A stretch of 64,000 bases of DNA, from the NCBI GenBank assembly GCA_022813865.1, contig JALDZX010000031.1, forward strand, positions 1 through 64,000, written 5' to 3'. The position numbers and the translations under genes were made by a program. Under the pieces are notes generated by a model that ran no database searches, was not told the origin of the DNA, and worked only from the letters and a program-made list of their open reading frames with translations. The DNA is from Xylographa opegraphella (lineage: Eukaryota). Positions 11,582 to 24,561 of this stretch are shown here, piece by piece; position 1 is the stretch's first letter; each line of letters starts with the position of its first letter.

Positions 11582-14334
11582 TCATAATTGACTCCAAGTG
11601 TTGCAGTTCGGGCCAGTGAAAATGCGGCGGATGACATCCAATGCTGTCATTTTCCCACCATCTGCTGCAACAATTTCTACATGTGGATCTGCTCCATGGA
11701 GCAAGAAGATTTCGGTGTAGTCGAATTTAAATCTGGCGGAATCTGCAGCATAATAAGTCCTTTCTATCAGCTGAGTGAAGCCGGCCCAAAGGGTTTCAGG
11801 AATTTCTTTCTTGTTGTCACCTGCTCCAAACACCCTTTCATTGGGTGAGGCACCATACTTCAATAAGAGAGATACCATATCGAAATTTGCTTTGTTAAAT
11901 TTTTCTGAGCGGGGAAAAAGGCACAAGGAGCAGAGCAAGCGATTTGCTGAAGACAGTGGCAGGATATTCGTGGGCTTACTCTCCAGTTTTTGTGTAACAT
12001 ATAAAACGAGGAATTCTTTTATAGCGAACTCAATGAAATTGGTCTCTGGACGCGGTTGACCTGGATGAAGGAGTGTGATAGAAACATGACGTACTTCATC
12101 GTGAGACAATTCTTCATTCCAAGTAAAGCCGTGATGGGGCCCCACAACAGCCACGACACGATCAAGCTCATCTAATATTTTAGCCACAGAAAAGTCGTCA
12201 ATGTTTTCGATCTCACGGGCATAGTGACAGACGTTAAAAACTGTATCTTTAATGTCGACATAATCTTGATGTATACTTTTCAATTTGATTAGCTCAGCCT
12301 CACACAAGGCAATTCTAGGGTTGAAATCACTGGTAACGCGGGACCATATGATCTTATTGATGTCCTGGGTCAGGAGAAAGTGATGAGCCGTTCTATGTAT
12401 GAACTGAACAATCAACATTCCAGACATGCCCGTTCGCATATTCGCACGGAACTCTAGTAAGTCCTTGCAGCGTGCATTGATACGTCTGAGGGTCTTTTTT
12501 TGTAATGCCAAGATATCATCCTGATGGAGGTTCGTGATTTCCATGTCCTGAGCGGAATCTGCGACCCTTCTATCAAGCATCGCTACCGTCATAACTGGAA
12601 GTGGGTGGTATGCGTGTATAGCGATGAGAAACATCTGAGCCGACTGCTCTCGATAACATTCCTCAATGCTATTAAATATGTGGTGAAAATATGTCTCAGG
12701 ATCCGCAGGGAGTAACCGAAGTCTTCTCTGTAAATCCGTAATATCGTCTGCTTCCTTGAAGCCCTTGCGCAGGGAACGCACAACGAGAAACACCCAAAGG
12801 AACACGCCTTGAGCCTTGATAACGATCTCTTCGCAAAGCTCACGATAGCAGTTGTTGACATCCTTGATATACACGAGCTTTTCATACTCGTCTAACTGAT
12901 TTTTGACATAGCAACGAATATCCTCCTTTGTCAAATTTTCCAGGAGTAGTTTCCGGTCATGTGTTTGCCCAAACGCATCGACAAAAACATTCCAAGCTCT
13001 GCTTGAAGTACAAACTTTGATGCGTGGTGAGTTAGCGAAAGTCTTCAGGATACAAATGATATCCTCATGATCCCCATCATACTCGTCAAGTCCATCCACA
13101 CAGAAGCAAAACTTTGTGGAGGTAAGTTCCTGTTTTGTGAGCTGTTGAAACGCTGCAGATAAGTCGGAGCGAGACCATGGCTCCGAATGGCTATATCGAA
13201 AACTTCGAATATGCTCCAAGTGTTCAGCACAATCTCGCGGTGTCAAGTCTTGACACTTCCTTAGTACTTCGTGGAGTAATGACTGAAGAAGACCTTGCTG
13301 AGACTTTTGCATTGGATGTCCGGCATTCCAGAAGAAATAGCTTGCCGTGATAAGGTTGTCTGTTCCTGCTCAAAGCTCAAGGGCACTCGTAGTACGATCA
13401 TCTTCGTACAGATATTTCATCAGTGTCGACTTGCCAGAACCAGCTTTGCCACATATCCAATATATGCCGTTGTCTGACTTCAACCATTCCGTGAACCTCG
13501 TTCTCGGTTGTGGATCAACTCCAACGGACTGCTGATCTCCTTCGTCGAAGATCCACTTGTATGTATTCGCATGTGCCTCTGTAATTGTCGAATGACGCAC
13601 AGTCATCGATTCGAAAGAAAGACTAGTAAGCACGCTTTTGTTCAGGTTAAAGATTTTAGCTTCTTCAGTCATGTTTGCCAAGCTGTTTAATAACTTGCAG
13701 GAATCCTCTTCGCTGATATCGTGCTTGGTCTGCTGTACTACATCAATTATTTCCGTCTTTAGCTGTATCATACGGCTATTGTTTCCCTCGTCAATCCTTT
13801 TCAAGAGGGAGATGACGCTGAACTGCTGATCGCTGGAGGCGCACCATGAGCAGGAACCATACCCACTAGAACAGGAATAGAGCCACGCTACCTCATCATG
13901 ACTATAAGCCGCGTATTGAGCATCTTCTGCAATTCACCTAGCCTCTTCTTCATCTTGCTTATTTTGCCTTTCTTGTGTGAGCTTCGTAGAGCCTGGCGAA
14001 CGATCTGCCACTGCCAGTTTGTTCCCTTGACCTTGAGATCTGCTAGGACGTTCAAGAGCTCATCAGCAGCTTCCGAGCAGGACTCGGCAAGACTCTTCAG
14101 CGCATCAGTCTCCTCCGTATTTTCTGTCGATCCCGTCTCGGTTTGTGATGAAGTCTCCAACTTCTTTGTGAGTTCTTTCAGGTTCACCGCAATCTTTTCA
14201 AGCTCGGCATTCGCAGAGGAGGCGCCATCCGCTGAGTGATACAGCTCAGAGCCCTCTTTGATAAGCTTGCTGCCAAAGTCCACAAATTGCAGGACAGTGC
14301 TCGCTAAGCTCAAGGCGGTGAACGGGTCCAGCAT
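11582..14334 (-). pseudogene. Fungal NLR (N-terminal HeLo-like/SesA-type helical domain + NACHT + degenerate ankyrin-like tail) with an in-frame TGA at 13370-13372
   Basis: N-terminus MLDPFTALSLASTVLQFVDFGSKL; intron 13833-13891; Walker A WICGKAGSGKST; Walker B FCVDGLDE; AQGVFLWV motif. The two NACHT ORFs are in the same frame and separated only by ALEL*AGTDNLITASYFFWNAG. Confidence 0.8.
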
Positions 14335-15578
14335 AATCAGCTCGGTTTGGTGATGAAGTTATGTATAGCTATCGGTACCCAATGTGAAGAACTCATGGCA
14401 TGAAAGGTGTGCCCTCTTCACGGCGTCTACCTACCACGCCCCTGGTTGCACTGCTGCAACCGGTCCTACGTGCGAGGCCGTTACACCGTCGAATCGGATA
14501 CTACATCATTGCAGAGCCGGGGTTGCACAGCCAACCAGGCTCAGCAATGAAACTGATCCGGCAGCACCCAACCAAAAAAACTCTTCGAACACCTGAAATT
14601 GACACTCCGCAGCACATCGCAAACGAGGACTACGTTTAAAGTAACCCCCACACTTGCCGATCGTAAGCTTGCTGAAGCGGGAAAGACCGAGGAGACTGGG
14701 CTCCCAAGCACATCACTCGTTAGTGCATGCGCTGTGGCGGCGCAGCCATATGGAGTGGACGAACTCGTGTTCTACCTTTGGCCACCGAGCGCTGTACCGC
14801 AGACGGCGACTTTGGGAAGGATGGCATTGGTCTTGCTACAATTGACAACAGCAAAACGCGATCCAGTATTCCTATAGGAGATGAACGAACGATGGAAATG
14901 AGAAGGTTGCTTGGTGCATGAAGAAGGACAGAGGGGAGCTACGAAGTACTTACTGCGGTAGTAACATACACAGTCGTAAACCCCAGCCCGAATGTGGCCG
15001 TTAAGCCGATCCTGGCGACTCCGGGCCATGTGACGCGCCGTTTCGCCGCCGGGCTTGGCCTCACACGTGGCATCGAGCCAATCAGCGCGCTGTCTTCCGC
15101 CCACCGGCCCCGGTAGATTCTGTTTCATCGAGGGCGAAGGGTGTGCACCGATCCGGTAATTCTGCCTGCTCCTCAATTGCTGCCAACTGCACTCTTCTTA
15201 CTACTGCACTGTCCGCTTGAGCAGATTTCAGCAGCTTGAGTGCGTCTGCGACTCCTACTACCTTCCCCGGGTCATCCTCGTCCGCTTCCTCGACCGAAAG
15301 GATTGGAATTCCTCGGTCTGTTTCTCGTCCTCTTCTCAAGTCGATGCGCCACTGCTACTGATAATCGAAGAGCTCACAATCGGCGACGTCTGGTTTGAGC
15401 GGCTATTCATCCTTCAACGTCTGACACGATCGCCTTCCAATCTTCCGTGGGCCTTGCATTCAGACAATTTTCCGCCCAGCAATGCCAATCACTGCTACGG
15501 CACTATACTATAAGCTTACCGTAGCCGGTGCGCCGCACTGCTCTACATGTCTCTGCTAGGCCAGCGGGATCCTTGACA

Positions 15579-17180
15579 ATGGCCTCGACAACGGTCATTA
15601 CGAGGAAGCGGTCTCGAACCGACATGGAGAGTATCCGCGAAAGTATCGACATTCAGCTGCCCATCCAGGTTCATACTCGCCCGTCCACGCCAGTGGAAAG
15701 GGACGAGATCTACAACATGCAAGTTCTGAGTCTAGACTTTGGCAAGACCGAGGACGACCTCGATCAGCATTTCCTCATCGCCGCCCTAAACCTAGGGATC
15801 ACACTTCCTCAAGAACCGCTGGCGACCCTAGGCATCATCACCGACGACATATCTGCACTTGCTATATCTTCCACTGCATCCAACTCATTTGATGAACCTG
15901 GACGAATTTCAGAATCAACCCAAGCCACATCGTGCAGCTCCAGTCAGCAGCAATTATCGCCCACCAATGCGTCAAGCTCAACCACAGCTTCGATACTCTC
16001 TGCCCCGGCCTCGATAATCTCCTCGAGTACGAAAGCTTCCTCAATTGTCAAAATACGCAAAGGTCTCCGGCGTCTGTCAACCTTCACCAGGCGTAAAACC
16101 CTGGACCCTACGATCCCTACCACTTTCACTCCACCACCACCACCACCAACAACAACAGGGATTCAGACACCTGGATTGCGGCCTTCTACTGCCGACGTAG
16201 CTCGACCTGTATCTATGGGTCGCATGCGAGCCGCATCTGCTCGTACGTCAATAAGCCTACCTGAGCCACGAGCCCCGCGAAGACCTAGGCCAAAGACAAT
16301 CGTTGAAGAGGCGGATAGTGAAGAAACACGATATGCACGGGAGAGGAGTATCAGGCATCCTCGACTTCAACGGCTACGGCTACATCAATTAGAAGAACAG
16401 GGCCGGTTCTTACGTTTCGAAGCAGAGCAGAGTAAGCTGGTCCCACTGAAAGAGGTCGAGTCCAGAAGGAGCATCGTGGACCGCTTCCAGAACACGCACC
16501 AGAGCCTTCGAGACCGCCACGTCGAAGTCCTCGCCGATCTCGAGCACCGCCACCTTACCGCCGAGCTGGACCTCTCGCGAGCCCTCCAAGCTGAGCGCAG
16601 AGCTTGCGAGACACGGCTACGCCACATGGACGCGTACTGCAACGGCCGCACGGACGGCATGCCACGCCGCAAAATCACCGAGGAAGACTTCAAGAAGCTC
16701 GAACAGCAGTACCACATCCGCAGCGGCATGAACAGCCTGCACGCCGCGCGCATCAACGTCCTGCGCGAGAAGCAAGCCAAGCAGCTCGAGCGCATCCAAG
16801 CCAAGCAAGACGCCGAGCTCAGCAGCACCAGTTCGGCCAAGGAGATTGCGCTCCGAAAACACGAAAGCCAGTTCGACGGGGAAGCGCTCGATCTGCAGCG
16901 GGATTTCTGGGACCGCCGGAAACGCATCCTCGCGCGTTGGGCCTTGGCCGAAGCGATCGAACGCAGGAAACTCGAGCACGAGACCGGCATGCCGTTCGCG
17001 CCGCTGCCGCCCATTCCGTGGCTGGATGGGCGGAGGGGCGCGGAGCCTGCGCTCCAGCTCAAGCAGGGGGAACTGGGGCCGGAGATGCGGCTGAAGAGGC
17101 AGTCGATGCCGCTGGGACCGATAGATTTCTACAATGCCCTGCCGCCGCGCCCGCGCGCGCAGAGGGAGTATACGGCGTGA
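15579..17180 (+). CDS. Uncharacterised protein, Ser/Thr/Pro-rich N-terminal half and coiled-coil C-terminal half
   Basis: Long intronless ORF with strong codon bias in the 3' half and charged helical segments (ERRACETRLRHMDAYC, ARINVLREKQAKQLE). Confidence 0.8.
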   Translation: MASTTVITRKRSRTDMESIRESIDIQLPIQVHTRPSTPVERDEIYNMQVLSLDFGKTEDDLDQHFLIAALNLGITLPQEPLATLGIITDDISALAISSTASNSFDEPGRISESTQATSCSSSQQQLSPTNASSSTTASILSAPASIISSSTKASSIVKIRKGLRRLSTFTRRKTLDPTIPTTFTPPPPPPTTTGIQTPGLRPSTADVARPVSMGRMRAASARTSISLPEPRAPRRPRPKTIVEEADSEETRYARERSIRHPRLQRLRLHQLEEQGRFLRFEAEQSKLVPLKEVESRRSIVDRFQNTHQSLRDRHVEVLADLEHRHLTAELDLSRALQAERRACETRLRHMDAYCNGRTDGMPRRKITEEDFKKLEQQYHIRSGMNSLHAARINVLREKQAKQLERIQAKQDAELSSTSSAKEIALRKHESQFDGEALDLQRDFWDRRKRILARWALAEAIERRKLEHETGMPFAPLPPIPWLDGRRGAEPALQLKQGELGPEMRLKRQSMPLGPIDFYNALPPRPRAQREYTA

Positions 17181-18162
17181 AAGGTGGGCGTGGCGCTTGA
17201 GCGATTTAGATACCCCCCCTTTTTGGTTTGCGTTTGGATTTGCTTTCTTTGGGGGTGTGGCTTTTGTCCGGTATTGCTGATGTCTTTGGCGGGTTTTATT
17301 TGGAGTGGCTGATGTCTGGGGTGGCTGGTATCTAAGATGGCTTATATCTACGATGGCTTATATCTAGAATACTTTCCATCTATGCTACTACCACGTAGGA
17401 CAATTTACCCAGGATAGCCAATACTAACGAGATCCAACACCCAGAAAACACTCACATCCCCACCATCTCCCCTCCCCAAACCTCTCCGACCCACCCACCC
17501 ACCCCGCACCATAGCCCGCTCACTTAAGCCCCACTCACCAACCATGGCCCCCTCCCCCCCCTCCCAGCTACACCCACAAGCTACACCCAGTCTCAACGAA
17601 CGATCTACCCCGCCGGAGGAGAAATCTCAAACCCCATACATACATACCTAAGGGTAGTCCTACCCGTCCACCCCCCCCCCCCTGGCTGAATATCCATAGC
17701 CCTTCCCTCCGCCAGCGCGATCCAGTCCAGCCCACCTCAGGCTTCAAATGGGACGAAGCAGTTCGACAGGCATTGCCTCAACCCCCCTTCCTACACGAGA
17801 GCCCCAGATGACAGACCACATGCACCAGTGAGTGGCGACAGGATCGAGCCGAGCGCGAAAGCGAGGAAACCGGCGGTTCTTTTCTCCTGCGATTTCCCCA
17901 AGTCCCCCGGAGTGCGTAGAGCGGCAGCTCCGTGTCTGACTTATGAGGATGTAAGTGAATGATGGGAATCTCATGAATGGGGAGGTCACCGCACAGCTGC
18001 TCCGTAGATGAAGACTCGTCGATTGCATACATAGTCTAGTGAGCAGGGAGAAGTTTCCCAGGGCCGAGATATATGCGCCCGAGCAGACCACAAGGTGACA
18101 CGCCATCGATCTTTGACGCCGCCCGACCCGCTATCAACACCCAGAGCTCCTTTCGATTTCCA

Positions 18163-20896
18163 CTACCCCAACCGCTCAAATCTCTCCTTCGCCTTGTCCT
18201 TCGTCCTCTCCAAGAAATCGCCATAGCCCCCTTTCGTATTCCTCCCCGCCTCCTCCACCGCATCGCCCACCTTCCCACCCTCCGCCCCGAGCCCCACGCC
18301 CTGCACATACATCTCCGTCGCGATCGGTGCCGTCATGCCGCTTCCACGCGCGCCCAGCCCTTCACCGGCGGCCCAGCCCATTTTGCCAAGGAGGGAAGCG
18401 CCTTTGGAGGGGGCTGTGGGCTGGTCGCTCTCCTCAGCGTCTTTGGCGTCGACTGCTTTCTTCATGGGGAGAGAAATCCGCTTAGGGGCTCCGAATGCGG
18501 CGCGTCGTTCTTTGGCTCGGTCTCGGTATTCGAGCGTGTCTTCTTCGGCCGTGGGAGGGGGGATGCCGGCCTTGATCATCTTGGCCACGGCTTTGGCTTT
18601 AAGGTCGTCGTTCTCGAGGTTGTCTCGGTGGAGTTGGCTTAATCGTTCGTGCTTGTTGATTTCCGCGTCGGATTTGAATTGACGCGAACAGAGGTAGCAG
18701 CATTTTTTGATCGGATCGGCATAAGAGATTGGCGCAGTGGTAGAACTCTCTGACGGCACGGATTTCTTTGGGTTTGTACTTTTCTTGCTTCCGCTATCGT
18801 TGTCGTCCGGTTCGGATACGTTGTCAGGTTTAACACCATGAAGTTCTGCATGGCGATTACTCCAGAACTGAAGATGAGCCGGAGCAGTCTATTAAAATCA
18901 GCATCGAATGTCAACATATCTCATTTTCGAGATTTTTACCTTCTTTAGCTTGCCAGGATCTTTTGCCTCAGCTTTTCGTTTTTTTGCCCTTGCTTCTGTT
19001 TCCTTACCGGGAGCGAGTAGACCCTCCTTTTCGGCCGCGGCTGCTGCTTTATCCGTAGCTGTTTTTACTCGAGCTTCCAATGTTGCGGAGCTCGTCTCAT
19101 TTGGAGCTTCAGTCACGATTAGCTCGCTAACATACGCAGCCTCATCCCAGTAAGCAAGCTTCGTGGCCGTGTTGCCCAAGGGACTGAAAACAAAGCGCTC
19201 ATCTTGAACAAATTTGAACACTGGCACAAAGACGCCAGCATGAATATAGCAAGCCGTCACGGGTTTAGAAGAAATGGTAAACTTTTCAAACGAGTTGAAA
19301 CGTGTCAAAGCCGCTTGTGCATCCTTAATCACTTAGTACAGCCTTTCGTAACAAGATCTCCGAATCTACTTACATCAACAGTAGCAAACTCTGCAAAGCC
19401 ATATCGCCAGCTTTCGTTGCTACGCTTATCCCGGACGAGGAGTACCCTACGTAAACTCCCTTCCTTGGCTCCGAGATTGGCATCACCAGTTGTGGAGGCA
19501 ACCTTGGCATTTCCTTTCTTTGGGATTATATTCAAAGGCGCTACACCGCCAACAGGTTTATACAGCTTGCTAACACCTTTGGCTAAGAGATCTTCCGTTA
19601 CCGTAGGCTCGAGGCCGCGAAGAAGGAGGAATTGAGATGGTGCTCCATCTGGAGAAGCATCACTGTCGCCACTGTTGAGGAACTCGGACGGTTTCGCGGT
19701 GACGTTACCGAATGTGGCCATGTCTATTTGTCTCAGGCTGATTCGTGGCACTTAGAAAGGAGGACATACCAATTTGCGGAGATTGACATTTGAAGCAGAC
19801 CTTGCGACCGGGGAAGTTGACAAATGTGCACTATAAGTGTTGGCGGTTTACCTATCATTCGGGACAGAATGACGTACGATCTTGCAAGCCCATTCACCTT
19901 CTGCTTTCTCTGCGCGACCCCTATCATCACGCTCACGACTGAATGCCACACGAACTTCTGCTGCTTGATCGTCACCATCTGCTGAGCCTTTACCATAGAG
20001 ATGAATGATGGGGTAATTGCGCTCCAAGAAAGCCCTCGACTTCTCGACTGTTGGGAATCTCAAAAAACCAAATCCTCTTGAGGTCTCTGAATCCAAATAA
20101 TTAGCAGTCTGCTAAATCGCTTGATAGGAATTCGACTTACTGGTTTGCCGATCTCGGATCACCCGCACATCATCGAGTTCATCCACATTGTGGTATTGCT
20201 TAAGTTCTTTTGATATCTAATCCGGAGCATTGGCCGAAGACCGGCCATATGCTACGCCTTAGCCAGACTTCAAAAACATAATAGTGGAGCACTTAGGATC
20301 CAGGATGGGTGTATATCTGGTGAAACACGGGGTGGGTGGTGGCCAACGTCTTCTTCAACTAAGTCCACGGGTAATCCATCCATCATTACTTCACGGCTGG
20401 GTGGACCGCCAAAATAAGGCGATCTATCCCTTCGAGGACTTCGGCTTCTACTTCGACTATCATAGCCCGGTGATTGGTAACCTTCACGATCCCTGTCACG
20501 ATAGCCTTGAGGCGCTCCGGATCGCGTGGCTGGAGATCTTCCGCGTGTGTCATTCCGGTAACTGCTATTATTGTCTCTATCACGTCTGGTATCCCACTCT
20601 CGGGTATTTTTATAGCCTCTGGCTTCGGGAGATATTCCACGAGGAGGCGTCCTGGATCGGTCTTGTGAAAGCCAACATTAGCAGCCGAGCAAAGCAACAA
20701 GACTTCATCCTCTCTTCCGATTACCATGCGGGGGAGTATATCTTCGAGGCGAGGGTGGAGTTCTGCGACTTCGTTCGTTTGAAGAATATCGTGGGTCATA
20801 GGACCTGCCATTTTGATCGTTGTGGCTACGAGCAGGTGGAGGACGGTAGGAGTCACGCGGATCTTGGGAGTCGTCTTGAGGCCTTGAAGCATACAT
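18163..20896 (-). CDS. RBM5/RBM10-like RNA-binding protein (RS-rich, RRM, RanBP2 zinc finger, RRM, C2H2 finger, G-patch), about 8 exons
   Basis: RNP1 motifs SRGFGFLRF and SWRYGFAEF. WACKI/CTFVNFPGRKVCFKC is split by an intron. CYLCSRQF...HERLSQLH finger, YRDRAKERR, and G-patch KGASLLGKMGWAAGEGLG. Seven frame-consistent introns. Confidence 0.9.
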
Positions 20897-21236
20897 AGCT
20901 GTGCACGAGATTACGTTTTGCAGGCACGGTGTCTAGTGGTAGGGGAATGAAAGATGATTGTTCACAGAAACAGAAGTGGAAAATGTGGGACATGGAGGTT
21001 GAGTTAGCATATCAAGAAGCAAGCTTTCAAAGGTTGATCCGTTCCGAAATGCTAGACCGAATTAGAATAACTGCGGCTTCGTCAAACCTCGACTTCGTTG
21101 TTGCGTTCAGTTCACGCCAATAGAAATTATCCGAGCATGGCTCCGCTGGCTTCAGAAGTATCAGCTTCTGACATCAAATTGTAGATCGAACTTCGTGTAC
21201 GGATTTTTGCCAGTAGAAACAGGCATCACAAGCTCA

Positions 21237-21771
21237 ATGGCAGACTCCCAATCCTCCAGCATCTCGGAAGACAATGCACATATCGAGCTCACACATAACA
21301 CACTTGATCCTGTATCCATCATGAATAAAGTCAAAAGCCCCCAAGCGGGGGCGATCGTATTGTTTGCAGGCATGAAATATATCTCCCTCGTTTGTGCAAC
21401 GCTCGGTCTGACCTGCGCTTGCAGGTACGACTCGAGACAACTTCGCCGGCAAGCCGGTGAAAGAATTGCAATACTCTGCCTACGAGTCTTTAGCTCTCAA
21501 GTCTATGTTGAACATTGCACTATCAGTCAAGGCGAAATATGAATTGACCGCGGTATCTATGATACATCGGTTGGGTGTCGTTCCTATCGGGGAAGAAAGT
21601 ATTTTGATCGCAGTCTCCTCGCCGCATCGCCAAGCTGCATGGAGAGCAGGCGAAGAAGCGTTGGAGAAGTGTAAGGCTAAGGTGGAAATTTGGAAGTTGG
21701 AAGAATTTGGGGGCGAAGAGGGAGGTGTATGGCGAGCGAACAGGGACGGAGCGGCTGGGGTTCCCATCTGA
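21237..21771 (+). CDS. cnxH: Molybdopterin synthase catalytic subunit (MoaE/MOCS2B)
   Basis: Spliced product gives AGAIVLFAGTTRDNF, ELQYSAY, HRLGVVPIGEESILIAVSSPHR and KAKVEIWKLE. One intron at 21370-21424. Confidence 0.93.
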
Positions 21772-22479
21772 CCGTAAACTAAAGGGGGGTGGAAATGCCA
21801 ACCTTACGCGATTGTTGCATATGGCAGGAATCAAATTATTAACCTGAGATCTTGCACAATCCCATTTGAACTGTGAGATGGCTTGCTTTCTGCGACAGAG
21901 CTTTTGGCGAGGGAATACTGAAGCGGAATGGACGGGCAGCATCGAGCTCGGAGAAGTTTGTGATATCGGACTCTATTGGCAGGTTCAGGGAGGGCAGGCT
22001 AAATAGTATGATCTGAGCCACCCATTTTACAGCCTTATACTAATTTTGACAAAGATGATTGTTGTATACAATATGCATACTTATCCTTAGCTATCTCAGC
22101 ATTATTCCAGTACAGACGCCTACAATCGTCCGTTTACGTCTTCATACCAGGAATGGAACGCATTGATAGCAGAAATTCTGACTGAAACGAGGTGCAACAA
22201 GCTTGGAGCTGTGTGGAAATTGTTGCGTAATGGTACCGGTAGTGTCATCCAGACTGCTCTTGGCTTACCATAAGCCTCTCCGTTGTTCATTTCACTATAT
22301 CCTGTCAATGTTATTGATTTTAGCTACTGCATGTGCCTCCTCGGGCTACTGCACCCGATCTTATATACAGATGGTACGGCTCTAGAAACCATCCTTGTTG
22401 ATAGTGTTGAGGACATGTCAGGGATCACAAGAATACTCTATTTCATAGTCCTATCTACACGAATGGTAATCGAAAACTG

Positions 22480-24561
22480 TTATCGCCGATCGTTGCCTTC
22501 AGTCAGCCTCCAGGCCCTTAAGGGCAATGCTTGCAGTCTCTTCGCGGCGGGTCTTATGAAACCCCAGAAAGTCACAACTCCAATGATAACACACAATATG
22601 TTGGTGATATAATATCCATCTCGAGTCATTTCGCACCTTCCTCCTCCATTAGTGCAGCGATGTCTTTCGGTTTCTAACACGCAAGAAAACGAATTCGTGA
22701 CAAGTGGTCCTTTGAGTTTGTCTTCCGGAAATGAATGTGACGGGGGTAGGCAGGTAGCGGCACTAAAGGCATCAACGAGCTTGAGGATAAAGTAGCGAGG
22801 AAACGTGCCGCCGAGGTTAGAAACACTGCAGAAACATTAGCAAGAGGAACAAGAAAGTGGTAAGAGCACAAGAACTACTTACGTTGCCAGAAGTGTCATA
22901 TAAGTCCCACCAATGACGGGGTCTGCAATTTTAGCATGGAAAGCACTGATAGCGACAAACATCACGGTGCTCGTGAACGTCGAGAATATATGTGAAGCGA
23001 TCACAGTGAGCAGGTACCATGTTGATACTCCGCCTTCTGGAAAGATCATGACCGTTGCCTGTGCCACAACTGCTGCTATGAGCCGGCCTATAAAACCCCA
23101 GCACCAGACATGTATTGGTGGATATGTCGTCGACCATCGTCCAGCAATATAGCCTAAGCTGATCTCAAAAGGAAAGTCAATTAATACAGTGAGGGCCAAA
23201 TCTTCTTGACTAAATCCTTTATCAAGTAGCTTGAGATTCGTGACAGCATCGTTGGCCTGGAAGCCGATTTTGGCGATAAGGTGTATTATAATTATAGTCT
23301 GGATATTACGCAGCTTGAGAATGCCCAGCATGCTCTTGTAGACCTCCATAATTCCGTCCCTACTATTCGTCTTGTCCTCTCTTTTCAGTAATGCAAGACC
23401 GAGGGTCACTATGAGGTATACCCAGCCCCAGAAGGTGAGATAGCCGCCAAGTGTCATGACACCTATATCGCTGGGGGTTTGCCGGAACCATTTGTTGGCA
23501 AAATCAGGGGAATTGAAAGCCAGGAATACAGTGTAAGACAAAAAATGACCAGCTGTAAGACCAACTGTTTGTGCTGTCGACGCATAGGAGAGATTCGGTG
23601 GTGACAAAAGGGTAAGAGCCCATCCGTCTACAGCAATATCTTGGGTTGCGCATAGGAAGACGAGGAAGAACCACCACCAAGTAAAGGTCCAGACCCCAGA
23701 GCCATCCTCTGCTGCTGCTGCCAGCATCATTTTCGCGGCACGTCCACCCATGTAGATCATCCCAAATCCGGAAAAGAATTGTATAGGCAAGATCCAACTC
23801 TTCCGCCTCCCAATCTTAGGACTCCATACTGCATCCACGATAGGACTCCATAATAGCTTCAAGGAATATGGATATGACGCTAAGGAGAAAACCCCTATCT
23901 GGCCGTATGAAAGATTCTTTTTGAGTAGAAATGGTACGGACCCTCCTGCTAAACCCATCGGTATACCCTGAAGGAAATATAGCAGCACCAACAGCAGGAA
24001 GCTCCTCCTATCTTGTGGTGGTAAGTCAAAGAAGCCTGCATCGGACGCATGGATTGGAGTTGGTGGAGGCTCATTGTCAAGTGAGAATGTTTCTCTAGAC
24101 ATGAGGTTGGCCGCTTGTGTCGGAGAGTCAAGCACCGCATTTTTGCGGCGCATCTCAACATTCTTATTCATGCTGCCGTTCGCGTGTCCGTTTTGGCTAC
24201 CGGAACCGGTTGAGCTGACTTGGTCCCGCGAGTGTGCATTCGAAGGATGTGAATTTCGTCCCATCTGCAAGGAATCTGACTCTGAATCGGAGTCGGAGAG
24301 GGACGTGATAAGAGGCTCCTTTTCGGTCTCAGCAGTTATTGCGACGCTGCTGGTGCTATTATCTTCCCTTGCCCTATGAACGTCGCCCACAGAGTCGTCG
24401 GCAGTTGGGGTATGCTTGAGGTTTAAGTCTGCTAGCTCGGTCCCCTGAGTCGTTTGATCAAGACTTGCGCGCTGAGTATCATGAAATGGCAGCTCGGGTG
24501 AGAGTTGCACTATTGGGCCAGTATGGACATTAAAGAAAGGCTCGCCTAGTGGGGTAGGCAT
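22480..24561 (-). CDS. Acetyl-CoA transporter 1 (SLC33A1/AT-1, MFS)
   Basis: LYFLQGIPMGL, SYPYSLKLLWSPIVD, GRRKSW, ATQDIAVDGW, IGGTYMTLLAT^VSNLGG and RDGYY motifs. One intron near 22828-22882. The start is uncertain and an upstream exon is possible. Confidence 0.92.

Noticed and set aside
14334..15579. Search for an amyloid-motif effector gene adjacent to the NLR
   Set aside because: No HET-s/sigma/PP-like motif or HeLo/gasdermin ORF recognised on either side, and the NLR carries its own N-terminal helical domain.
17744..18100. Possible structured ncRNA downstream of the RBM5-like gene
   Set aside because: No convincing RNase P/MRP, snRNA or snoRNA box motifs found by eye.
19790..19835. Suspected frameshift in the RanBP2 zinc finger of the RBM5-like gene
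   Set aside because: Recounting bases gives an intact CTFVNFPGRKVCFKC exon between two introns.
20284..20898. 204-aa plus-strand ORF and 168-aa alternative minus-frame ORF
   Set aside because: Both overlap the RS-rich first exons of the RBM5-like gene, which explain the region.
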